DNA of 64,000 nucleotides from NCBI GenBank assembly GCA_002104905.1, contig MCFE01000124.1, forward strand, positions 1-64,000, in the 5' to 3' direction. Shown in pieces: positions 49,350 to 62,340 of this stretch. The position numbers and the translations under genes are program-made. The DNA is from Basidiobolus meristosporus CBS 931.73 (lineage: Eukaryota > Fungi > Basidiobolomycota). The notes under the pieces are model-generated. The model saw only the letters and a list, made by a program, of their open reading frames with translations. It did no database searches and had not been told where the DNA came from. Positions within the stretch are counted from its first letter, which is position 1. Each line of letters begins with the position of its first letter.

Positions 49350-52300
49350 TGTTGTAAGAATCTTGGATATATTGGAAGCAATTGGGAGGACAATTGGATT
49401 ATGTGGTTTTCACTTAATGATTTATTGAATGTAAAAGTAGTATATATACTTTGACATGGTCTTGGCATTGCAGACATGTAGAATAGACTACAAAAGGTCC
49501 CAAGAACAGGTGTGCAAAGTTTGGGGCTGGTTGGACAACTTCCAGAATTTTCATGATCAGGGTACCTGGTATTTTTGGCAAAAAATATTCTAAGTACCAA
49601 CAAGGAATTTAGTCAGTATCCTCTGGAACTTGATGGTAATGATCTAAGTGAATACGTTAGGTGAATATTTAGGTGGAATTATAAATTTTTACCACACTCC
49701 CACTCAGCTAAATGTTTATACTGACTAGTCCTAATTTTGACCTAAGATATTTAAACTTGTCTCTAGCTAATGGTTTGGTAAATATTTCTGCAACCATTTC
49801 ATCTGAAGAGCAGCAAATTAAGCCAACTAAGCTATTCTCTATAGCTTTATGTATTAAATGATGTCTGATATCTATGTGCTCAGTTCCAGCATGAAAAGTT
49901 GAATTTCTACCTAATTGTATATATCCATGATAATCTTCAAGTGAAGTAATAGGAATTTTTTGATATAGGCCTAAATCTATAAAAAGTTTTCTTATCCACA
50001 TTGCTTCCTTTGTAGCTTCACAGGCTGCCATATACTCTGCCTTTGTGGTAGAAAGTGCTACTGTTGGTTGCTTTCTTGAATTCCATGAAATTGCACCTTT
50101 ACAGAAAAGAAAGGTGTATCCTATAGTAGATCTTCTGTCTCCCAAATTTTGTCCCCAATCAGTATCAGAGTATCCCACAACATCTGGTTCTAAATCCTTA
50201 TAAGTGTATTTTATGCATATTTTAGCACTTTCTTTTTGGTATTAAAAATTCACTTAACTGCTGCAATACAATCAGATCCATAGTTCTGATTATGCTGGCA
50301 GACAACTCCCACTGAAGATGAAATATCTGGACATGTTCCAAGCATAATATACATCAAGCTGTCAACCATAGATTGATAAGGAAAGTCAGGGCTTTCAGGT
50401 GAAACCAAGCTCCATTGATTTGGTTGAGTTTTGACAAATGTTAATCTTTGTCTCCATCTGTGTAGCTGCTTGTTTACAGTCTTCCATTTGGTACTTCTTT
50501 AGTATGTTGTGAATATACTTGGATTGGCTTAGAGTGATAGTCTGGGTACCTCTGTCTATGGAGAACTTAATCCCCAAGTAGCAACTGAGTTCTCCTAGAT
50601 TCAACATCTTGAACTCCTTAGATAGGCCGGATTTTGTCTCTTCCAATGTTTCTAGGTTATTGGTGCCTATAATTAGATCATCTGCATATACAGCTAATAG
50701 AACTGGACTTGCTCTATCCAACTTATAGTATATACTATAGTCAGCATCACTCCTTTTGAAACTCAGAGGTTTCAAATAAGAATCTATCTTGCAATTCTGG
50801 GCTTTTGGCAATTGTTTGAGACCATATAGAGACTTTTTAAGCTTGCAGACCAAATGGGAATTATCTTGGTCAGCAAACTCATCAGGCTGGTCCATATACA
50901 CATCCTCATCAAATACTCCATTCAAAAATGCAGTTTTTACAACCATTTGATAATAAAAAACTTATATTTGGCTGCAATAGCCAATATAAATCTGATGGAA
51001 TTAACCTTGGCTACTGGTGCAAAGTGTGAGTACTAAATGTAGTTCCCACTCTTTGCCCAAGAGTTCTCCCCAGAGTCCTACCCAAAGTCCCCCAGTATCC
51101 TCCCTATGATTCTGCCATGCATCCTCCCTCCTATCCCTGCCCTTATCTAGTTAGAGCACTTACCATAACTGGAAGGTGCTCACACCCCTATTTTATGACA
51201 CATTATCTATTATCTAAGCCCCCAAGTGATATACAAATCTATCTAATTAAACCAAGTGAGGAAACCAGAAGTAGATTTGGATGGAATAAACACAAGTCTT
51301 TATTACCTTGCTACCTTCTACTGGAAGCTATTCTGAACCAAGTGGTACTGACTTGACCTACAAGCTCTCCTACTTACCAAGTACAGTCAGTAATAACCCA
51401 CATATTTGGTGCTGTCTCTGTGGAAATAAGCACAAGTGAGGTAATGACTATTATAATCAAACTAAAAATGTACAAGGGAAAGAGAGAGTAAGCCTTTGAG
51501 TGGTTTGATAAGTTTGAGAGAGTTGTGGTTGATGCAGGATGGGACAACAATAAGAAAGTAAGGGAGTTTGCAAGACATATGAAAGGGTCAGCATGGTAAT
51601 GGCATTATGGGTTGGAAGATGCAGTTGAAGACAGCTGGGATGCACTAGAAGAAGCTTACAAGATATGCTTTCTATATGCCAAACAATACCACCACAAAGC
51701 CCTTCTACTGTTCTCATGGAAGAAAAGCAGTGAGAGCCATGAAGCCTACATTGAACTGTTTCTCCAACAAGCTGGACATCTCCAAAAGGACAAAATTGCC
51801 AAACAACAGCTCATGAGGTATTACATCATGGGCTTAGAGGACAAAATAAGATGTAGGGCATCCAAAGAACAACAGGGATGTAAAACATTGCAAGAGTTAG
51901 TCAAATAAGTACAAGAGGTCAGCTTGCTATGAGGGCTACCCTATAGTGATACAAATGATCAAACAACAAGGATCCCCTGTAAGAAAGGAAAAATTGCCTC
52001 CTCAAAAGTCCATAAGTTAGAGGAATTGCAGCAAAAGGTCTAAGAACTCTCAATAAACAATGTCCAAGAAGTCCCCAAAAAAACTGGGGCCTTTGTCTAA
52101 TCTAATGTGATGGGGATAAAGCCTCAAGCTTGTTAAGAGAAAACTATTGAGCTACAATCCCCAACTTGGTTGGCATCTTAACAAAAGCTTACACTGACTT
52201 CAATGTCCTTTGAGATGACATTGTACTAAAGCTTCCAAAGTCAAAACAACCGTAAGCTCCACCTACAGGGACTTGATAAGAATGCAGCTTTGACCAATAG

Positions 52301-55300
52301 TTACAAAGACTGAAAAGTATCTTTGCCTGTACAAGAACAAACTTGGGAAAACAATCAAATATAATAAAATATACCTACTCTGAGTATTCCTCACAAGCAG
52401 CACCTCCAAGGTCAGCTGGCTGTCAGCGCAGTTTCCTGGAAGTATTGTCAGGTCTGAGTCAGAAAGTAGTGGAGATAGGTAGTGGTGATCTCACTAATCA
52501 ATAAGTTGGAATATTGGAAGAGGGATGATTGATTTGTAAGGGATAGCCTCCCTTACATACTTTTTTTTGGCTGCTCAGATTCTTGCCAGAAAATACTTTC
52601 TAGAAGTTTGCAGAAGGTAGTAGAGAGCCAATCATGTCATTGTGTACTAAAAATAGCTCAAATTCTAGGTGCATTGTTCCATGAGACAGAGTAGTACCTA
52701 CCCAATCAGATATTGGTAATATGAAACCTCTGTGTCATGTAGTTACCTCATATGGTAGTAGGATTGGAGGGTTATGATACCAGGATGGTCACATGACTGA
52801 GGCACTGTTTGGGGGACTTACCTTATATGGTAACTAACTTATCTTGGCATCATGACAAGGAATAGGAATAGCTTGTGCAATGGGTTAATAGTGACAAATT
52901 GTTTGTCAGGTCACATAGTAATAATCACATGGAAAGATAGAAGATATTGCAATTTGGGATGATACTAATATGGGGGGCAATCCTTTTTAGGGAAGTGAAC
53001 ATATGGCAATGAGCACATCTGCCTGTGGGTGTCACTGTGACCCCACTACAACATTCCAAAGGATGATCAACAAGGTGCTAGGAAATTTACAATGGGAATG
53101 CGCTCTTGTGTATCTGGACTACATTACAATATATTCCCTCAATGTAGAAAAACATTACATAGCATGCAACATATCCTGACAGCCCTCCCCAAGAACCAAC
53201 TCAAACTACATCTCAAGAAGTGCCATTTCCTGTAATACAAATTGTTGTTCCTGGGCCACAAGATCTTAGCGGATGGGATATACCCATCTACTTCACTCCC
53301 AAAAGCTGTTCAAGATACACCTGCACCAAAGAATATCAATGCAGTGTTGGGATTCCTAGGATTTGCAAGCTACTATTGCCACTTTGTCAAAAACTTTGCA
53401 ACAATAGAAGCCCCCCCTGAACAAATTGACACAAAAAGGCCAGGATTTTGTGTGGTTGGAGCCCCAAAAAAGAGTATTCAATCAGCTGAGACATTCCTAG
53501 ATGTCACTGACAGTGTTAGGTTTTCCCAAATGGGATGCAAGATTTTTTATTAACTGTGATAGAAGTCTCACTGGTATAGGTGATGTACTGCGACAATACC
53601 ACCAACATGGCCAATTCCACCCAATTGGTTATGTGATCTGTTTGCTAAACAAACACAAATGTTACTACCCTGTTACCAACATAGAATGTCCGCTGTTGTG
53701 TATTCCATTAAACAATTACATACATCCATACATGGATGCCAATTCACAATAGTAACAGACCACAGCGCACTGGTCTGGCTGATGAAAACTAAAGACTTTA
53801 CTGGTTAACTAGCATGTTGGGCCCTCACTACCAGAATACAACTTCAAAATAATTCATTGCGCTGGCAACAAACACCATGATACAGACTTCATCAGTTGCT
53901 ATCCTGTTTGCCAAGTATGCATCAGCAATGACTACAAGGACATAATCTGCCTTAAAAGAAGAGGGAAGCACCCCAAACAAGTTGTTACAAACAAGCAGAA
54001 GTGAATCTTTCAAAGGAAATGGTGCCAGTACAAATTACAAGAAAACCAATTATGGTTCCTCCAAGAACAGTTCAGAGTCAAGGTCCTCCAGTAACTGCCC
54101 ACAAAGAAATCATACAAGAAAGACATATGTCATTAGGACACACTAACCCCCTAACAACATATAAGATGTTAAGAAAGACATTTTACTGGAAAAAAATTGA
54201 TGACCAAAATCATGAATACGTTACAAAGATGCTCCACCTGCCAAAGATTTAACCAGAGTCAGAAGATAGGGACAACCACACCAATACTGCTTGACCTACC
54301 CTTCCACTGGGTAGGGATTGACTTTGTTGGCCCCTTTATGAAAATGAAGAAAGGAGAACATTACATAATAATTGCAACCAAATATTTCTCAAAGTGGGCA
54401 GAAGCCCAAGCCGTTCAAAATAAAGATCAGAAGAAAACCACCCAGTTCATTCTAGAACACCTCATCTGCTGGCACAGATATCCTCAGATACTCCTGTCCA
54501 ACAATGGTGGTGCCTTCCTGAATAACACTGTGGCCCATTTGTGTGAAATGATGGGCATGAAACAGGTCTTCACCGCCACATATCACCCCTAGACCAACAG
54601 ATTAACCAAAAGAATGAACCAGACATGTTGCCGCATACTAGAGAAGCTCCACTGGGAACTTCCCCAGTCATGGGCCAAGCTGCCCCCACTGACACTCCTA
54701 GCAATGCGCACAATACCAAATAAAACAACAGATTTCTCCCCCCATGAAGTTCTGAATGGACAAAGGCCCAAGTGGCATGCAGAAGCTGGATTGACAATGG
54801 AAGGTGTCCCCTTAACAGCACATAACAGCTATGTAGAAAGGTTGATACACTGAATCACCCACCTATACATAAAAGTACTTGAAAATGCTAACAAGCACCA
54901 TCCCCCTCCACCCAAAAATAAGAAACTAACAGGAAAAAAGTGGAAATCAGGCAATAAAGTGTGGCACAACCAAACCATAGCAGGCCTCATGTTTTTCCCA
55001 CAATTTACACCCCAATGGATTGGCCCTTGCCCTGTTATTAGTTTGGACTATGGTCCAAAGTACCCCATCACCCTGAACAATAAGACAATCAGCAACATAG
55101 AGCCAGCCCATCTGAAACCATTTCATGATGATCCACTGATCATTGCTGAAACCAAAGTGTAATTAAGCAATTATCAGGATAAGGGTAGAGGAAGACATGG
55201 GATACATACAAAGTTTATTAGAGAAGATTCTAGTTGATACAGGTACAAATGATATGCACATGAAAGTTTGTCCTAAAGGGAGTACAAAAGAATGCATATG

Positions 55301-58300
55301 GAAAGTGCCAAAGGAAACAGTTCACCCAAAACTGGTGATTCCCCTCCCACCAGCAAGAACTAAGATGATATCAAGAACAAGACCAACCTGCAAGTGTTAA
55401 GAGATATAATACAAGCATTACATGCAACAAGAGCCACCTATGAAGAGCTGTTTGCCGGAGCAGTCACATGGATACAAGACACATTCAGAGAGGGAAAAGT
55501 CAAGTTACTCATGCCAATACAAAGTATGGAGACACTACCCAAGAAGACCATGTACCACCTGAGAGGAGGTTCCTTGATCATAAAGGAGAAGGATGCTGCA
55601 CTGATTCCCATATCCATACTGGACATAGTCAGAGAGAAGACACAAGGAATCAACTGTAGTGCCCTTGCAAGACCTCAAGAGCCCCCTTATTTTGTTCCAT
55701 ACTTGCCATGAGTAGATACCAAGGTTGTTGAGGTATAAGCAGGCTTGGTACAAGCTTCAAGAGTACCAGAAGTAGAACTCCAGATTAAAGGACTCCTCAA
55801 AGAAATTTGCAAACATCTCAAACCACATTTGCAAGAAGGAATCATCCTAGAGAAGACACACAAATGAATTAAATACACCGCCAGTTAACCCATGCAATCC
55901 ACCAAGTTGCTGTGTTACGACTATTACAGTGGTTTACCATATAACAACTCAGGAACCAGTACAAAGTCCAACTCCAAGAAGCCAAAGAAACCACTGCAAA
56001 CTCTGTAGAGACCATGAGGCAAGTGCAAAAGTGCCTCAATTGTGCCACAGTCTCTACAGAAGAACCACAATACATCTTGGAAGAAACAAAAACTTGTTAT
56101 CAACAACTGGTGACTGCTTACCAAGTGGATGCCTTCTTGAAAAGGTCCCCTGCCATCATATAGAACACAACAAGAACAAGCCCTGGCAACTTTTGCAAGA
56201 CAAAGGAGCAAGACTTTATTGCGTTAGTGCATCTCTTCTGGTTCTCCAACCCTCCCAAGGAACATACCCAGAGCCTTATGGTTTGCCAATTGTTTGGCTC
56301 TGTGGAAAACATCCTTCAAGCAACACAAGCCACACCCCACTCTGCTGCCAAATGGTATCAGGTACTTGCCTGCAACCCACTTGCAAGTGACAACTAGCAA
56401 TGATACTATGGTGACCCCCTATACTCTGTAAACAAAATCAACCCTGGAGAAACAAGTTTGTCAAAGAACTTCAAGGAAAAAGCTCCCTCTTAACCCCTGG
56501 GATATGTGAGTACTAAATGTAGTACCCACTCTTTGCCCAAGAGTTCTCCCCAGAGTCCTACCGGGAGTCCCCCAGTATCCTCCCTATGATTCCCCACACG
56601 CCCTCCCTCCTATCCCTGCCCTTATCTAGTTTGAATACTTACCATAACAGGAAGGTGTTCACACCCCTATTTTATGACACATTGTCTATTATCTAGACCC
56701 CCAAGTGATATACAGATATATCTAATTAAACTAAGTGAGGGAACAAGAAGAAGATTTGGATGGAATAAACACAAGTATTTATTACCTTGCTACCTTCTAC
56801 TGGAAGCTATTCTGAACCATGTGGTACTGACTTGACCTACAAGCTGTCCCACTAACCAAGTACAGTCAATAATAACCCAAACAAAGGTCTCAGTATAGTC
56901 AGGTCCTTTTGTTTGGGAGTATACGTTGACCAAAAGTCTTGCTTTGTATCTTTCAGTTGTACCTTTAGCCGTGTATTTTGTCTTGAAGACCCATCTACAT
57001 CCAATCAATTTTTGGTTGATTGGTAATTTAACTAAATCCCAAGTTTGATTTCCCATCAAGGCCTGATGTTCATCAGTCATTACAAATCTCCAAAGCTTTG
57101 TCTAAGGGCTATTCAGGGTCTCTTTTACAGTCTGGGTTCATCAATATTGACTGCATAGGCATAGGCTAAGTTGGGACCCTCATTGGCATAGTAATTTGGC
57201 TTTTTCTTGTCTGGTTAGATATCTTGGTTTGTAATACTGCAATGATCACTTCTGGGATATTCATGGGCACTGTGTCAGGCTGAACTACAGTTGTAGTGTC
57301 CCCTGGAGTGAAAAAATCTTCATTGCTTTGCTCTTGTTCAATCTTAACAATTGGTGGACTTGAGATCAGATTTTTGTCATCATCTGATGTCATTTTTTGT
57401 AAAAATATTGAGTTCTCAATAAGTAACACATCTCTAGACTTGATTAGCTTCTTTGCTTTGGTATTGTAGAGTCTGTATGCTTTACTCTCATTGCAGTAAA
57501 CCAAAAATATGCATTTTACACTTTTTGGCTCAAATCTTGACAGATCTGTTAGCATGTTCTGCCACTCCATTTTCCTGTCAGGGGTATGGTGCAGTAGTCT
57601 ATTGCTTTACCCCATGAGTTTGGCAGAAGTGGATGAAGAGCTTTGAGGTATATTCTCCACCATTGTCAGAGTGTATTTTATTGATTTTCTCACCAGTTTC
57701 TCTCTCCACAATGGCTTTAAGCTCCCTGAGCTTAGACATAGCATCTTTCTTTCTCTCCAGAATGTAGAGCCATGTGTATGTTGTATAATCATCAGTAAAA
57801 GTGATTAAATACTTCGTCCCACCTAAGTATAAATTTGGCATAGGCCCACACAGGTCTGAGTGAATTAGATCAAGTTTTTTCTCAGTTTTGATTAACCCAG
57901 AGCTCTTGAATAGTTGTCTGGTTTGTTTCCCATATATGCTGGCTTCACAGTACTTCAAACCAGCCAGGGGACCAATTTGCTCTGGAAATGAGCTGATCTT
58001 TGATCATTTTGCGCAAATAATCAAAATTGATATGTCCAAATCTTCTGTGTCAAAGCTTTGGTGTTTTTCATCTAAGTTACTTAAATTGGCCTCCAAATAT
58101 GATGTTATATAAGTCAACTTGTATAGATTTGGATCTCTGATACCCAAAGCAATATGGGCACTAATATGGTCAGAGATCTTGCATCCAGAATTGTCAGAGC
58201 TGAAATTGAGTCCTTCTCCAGTGGCCTTGCTTACAGATAGTTGGTTCGTGGCTATTTCTGGTATATAGAGTACTTCTTTAAAAGTCAGTGTATAGCTTCC

Positions 58301-59100
58301 TTCACTGCTTCTAAGGTTTACTGGGATAGTTCCTTCCCCTACTGCATCAAGTGTTCTATTGTCACACATGAAACCCTTTGTAATTGCAATTTCTTGATAT
58401 TGGGTAAAAAGTACTCTTTGGTGTGCAAATTGTTTAGATACTCCAGAGTCACTACACCACATCTGAGAATCCTTGTTTGTGGTCATATTTAGTGCAGATA
58501 TGAATAGTCTATCTTCAGTTGTTGCAGCATTCCCATGTTCAGGCTTCTTTTGCGGATTATCTCTCTTTTTGAAGTACCAGACAGATGTGTGTCCTTTCCT
58601 TTTGCAGTAGTTACAAAACAGGTTGCTGTTGCCTTTGTAGGGTCTTGGGTACCTCCTTTGTTGGTTATCATTGCTTTTTAAAGCATTTTCCTTGTCCTTC
58701 TTATTGGCGCTTAGTTTTCTGAATTCTTCATCCAGGAGCCTTCCATGTACATAATTTAAGGTCAAATCTTCAGTTCTGGACTTTAGGGCTGACACAAGAC
58801 CCTGAAACCTGTCTGTCAGGCTATTCAGGATGATAGCTATCACATCCTCATCACTAGTTGGTACACCCACAGGTTCTATTTCATCCACTAGCAGGGTAAT
58901 TCTATTAATTAGATTTTTAATTTCTTCCCCTGGCAGCATCTTTGCAGCAGCAGATTTTTGGCTCAGATACATTTTCTTAGCAGCTGAACATGACTGGTGG
59001 GTGTCTTCTAATGCCTTCCAGGCATTCTTTGCTGCTTTTGCTCTTGAGCCTTGAATTAGCAATTTGTCTTTAATATAAAGCATATGCAGTTACAGTGACT
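49350..59100 (-). mobile_element. Ty1/copia element C (same family), 3' LTR 49350-49696, interrupted by gypsy G2; 5' LTR not found
   Basis: LTR + PPT, RNase H GYSDTDWG, RT, integrase DLCGPM and gag ORF 58004-59083 with CNYCKRKGH. The RT sequence ETF|A is continuous across G2. Confidence 0.9.
51025..56881 (+). mobile_element. Degenerate Ty3/gypsy element G2 (about 378-bp LTRs) with an extra 3' coding-like region
   Basis: LTRs at 51025-51402 and 56505-56881, TSD CAAAG at 51020-51024 and 56882-56886, PBS-like TGGTGCTGTCTC at 51407. It has gag remnants, RT TFQRMINKVL..VYLDY, RNase H, integrase GIDFVGPF and a GPY/F motif. Confidence 0.92.
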
Positions 59101-60157
59101 GGTAAACTTACTCAATCTTACTCATGTTGCTAGAATAGTGCTTTTCTGGTTTCTTTTACTCTTCATAGTGCCCCAACACATTTCTCTCAGTGGATGTCTT
59201 CTTGTAAAGACATACTACTATTTAATAGTATCTTGACTATTTTACCTAATCTGCAGATTTCTCCTATATATATGATTTTCCACTGCATTTACTGGCCAAT
59301 ATGCTGGATCTCTTTAGATATCCAGATAGATGCTTGGCTCTCACTCTGAAGTGAATAAACATCTCATTGAACAGATTCTGTTATCTGCTAAGCACACCAT
59401 TACTTGGCTTACTATAAGCTGCAATGCATCCTAATCTCTGACAATACTCTCATTTACATGCTAAGTCTACAATACATTTCTCCCCACTTCTGGCCAATTC
59501 ACTACCCAGGGTGCTTTGTTATGCCTACTTCCAACAAATGGCCAATTAAACCAGATGATGTTACCCTCAATGCCTGACACCCTATGAAAAATTACTGAGA
59601 TGCTCTGGACAAAAGGCCATCACAAATTTAAAGTCCTATAGCTACAAGGTACTGATCCCCTTAGGACACCATGCAAAGACTGTCAAAAAATTACTGCACT
59701 GCAGATTTCACAAAACACTTGGTGAGAATCTTGCACCATAACAATACAAAAGTGGCTTCTGACTGATTCTCTGCAGATTTTCTTACTTTCTGACCCCAGA
59801 CACTATATCACCTCCTATCTTTGTATGCATTCATTGACTGTTGCCTCTTTCTCACACACTTTACTTCTTAACTGAACTGTATTGCATACTATCATGCATG
59901 CAAATTGACTTATGTTGGTTGAAACTTCAGTTGTACCCCAATTGCCAACTGTATTGACCTATACAAGTCCCTATACCCTACACTAACAGTATGCCAAACC
60001 CCACACTCATAAAGTAGCCCTATTGAAATCCACTACTCAATAGGTATATCTGCTGTGATGCTCTGATTCCAAAACTTTGGCAGGAACCCAACAGCTTTAT
60101 GCCATTGTTCATTCACTGGTTCCTATGTGTCTTGGTCTTCAGCCAGCACTGCAAGGT

Positions 60158-61605
60158 CTACCACTGCATGTACCAGTCTTTGCAATAAATCCTTGCAATA
60201 TTCAAGTGCATATTTGTGAGCACTGCACTTGAAGAAGTGCTGGATCTCTTGGTGCACCTATCAATGCCACAAAGTTCCACTGCAGGCATTGTGATAACCT
60301 TTTGAGTTCTTGGCATTGTAACTTTGTCTGTTAGTGGGATCTCCACTCTGTCTATCATGGATGACACAGAGGCTATGGTAGACAAATTGCCTTACTCTGC
60401 ACACTCATCTACCTCACTGGAGTGCAGCGCAACCGGCTGCATGCCCAACTTTGGTGACACAGCTGTTTTATTATTGGTATTTCTTTTGGCTATGATGGGG
60501 TTCAGTCTGTTCCAGGCTTTCAGCAGTAATTGGCCATAGCTACAGCTTTTTTTGTATTCTTTCCTGTCTCTGGCTTGGTTAGACTTTTTTCTCTTTACCT
60601 TTTCCTCTATCAATGCTAGATTATTCACTGCTACTTTGTCCAAGTGCTTCTTCTATTGAACTACACTATCTCCTTGATAAACACTGCTCTGATACATCTG
60701 TATTGGTCTGCTTATCCCTTGCTGGAACTCTGCAGGTAATCTGATGCTTTGATCCCACTTTTTTGAGCTCTCAGCATATGCAATGATGGGCTCCTGATGT
60801 AGCTGCTGGTTTCTATTACTGCTAGGCCCTTGACTGCTACTTTGACTGAGAACTTCTTGAGTGGAACTACACATTTCCTTAATAATTATTGTACTGGTGC
60901 ATCTCCATCTACCTGCTTTTGGCTGGTTAGATCCACTCAAATAGTTGTAGAGCACACTAAGACTGCAACAATGCCATGCCACCCTTGGCAAAGCACTGCC
61001 CAAACATCATAATGTTTTCAACTTCAGTTGGCAGTAAAATTAGTTGTATACCTTTGTGATCCCATCATAAGATTGTATAGAGGGTCATAAATTGCTAGCT
61101 GCTGGTTTTGTAACAGTCTTCTGATGGGATCTGGATATCTGATCTGGTTTGGGTCCAACTGCAGGAACAAAATGTTTTTCATAGGGAAAAGTGCTTGAGA
61201 CATCACAGAGTGTGCCTTGTATTTGCCAGAACAAAAGGGCCTGTGCCCTCTCAAAGGTCTGTTAATCTTGACTGGGAAGGTATCCAACAAATTCCTGATA
61301 TAGAACCCTTTGCTGATCACATTGGGATATGGAAGCCTATTGAAGATTCTGAGCCTAGTATTCCAAGCTTGTTGTAAATCACTCATACACTCTGCAAAGT
61401 GGTTCTCCTTTACCGTCAGCTGTAAATGAAAGCTTCTAGCATTTCTGTTGCAACGGATAGTGAGATGAAACCTTATAAGGTTATAGCTCTTGAAATAACA
61501 GAGAAGCGTAACAAAGGATCTCCTTAAGTAGAATGGGGTAGCTTGTTCACAGTACTTGGTATAGACTTCCTCTAATGAATCAAAAGAAAATTCAGTGGTA
61601 GTCAT
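60158..61605 (-). pseudogene. Decayed reading frame of unknown identity
   Basis: ORFs 60653-61003, 60392-60643 and 60158-60385 share one frame separated by single stops. ORF 61024-61605 (ATG start) lies just upstream in a different frame. No domain recognised. Confidence 0.4.
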
Positions 61606-62340
61606 GGGAGTGATGAGAAAGGACTATTCATATAAGTAAGTCATATAAGGATTGGTAGGTGATTGTGTAGATGTGATTTAAATTGGTTTGGCATAATCAG
61701 CTTAATGCATTTGCTTTTCTACTCATAATGATTATATCACCATCAATTGCAATGTATTCCATTGTTGTATAGCAAAAATCACTCACAAACAATGCCTTTA
61801 TTGATGATTTACCCACAAGTGTATAATCAAGTAAGGTATCTGCAACTGATGTGATCTGATCCATGTCAATGCAATCTGACATGCATCATGCATAATATAT
61901 TGCAAATTTAACAATCACAGTAGTTTTCATACATTTTCACATAAGACCAGGTTGTTACCAATATGCAACTGAATATCTATCCAAATCTGTCACTGTGGTT
62001 GCTGTATCAAGTCTCTACTCATCTTTAGTACAACCCAAGCAATACCCATCCCCCAGCTCACTAGCATGGTCTGGACTAGAAAAAACATTGTTAGATCTGA
62101 TTGATTTCTTGCCAAGTCATTTCAGTGTGGACCAAGTGTCTATGGTCAGCCTTCATTCAGATATCAGGGCACTACGCATTAATCTAGCAGTACTGGATAC
62201 CTCAGAGAGCAAAATAGATTCAGAACCTGAGTGGAAAGCTGTGGCATGAGTTCTACATCAAGATGCCAGCAGATATATGTAAAAAGATATATAAATGGAC
62301 ATGTATTGTAATCAAGAATGAGCTCAGAGTGAGGGGATTA

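Noticed and set aside
59100-59600. 5' LTR and TSD of copia C, and the remainder of copia B
   Set aside because: No GGGCTCATAACC or LTR-like sequence found; homology fades near 59100.
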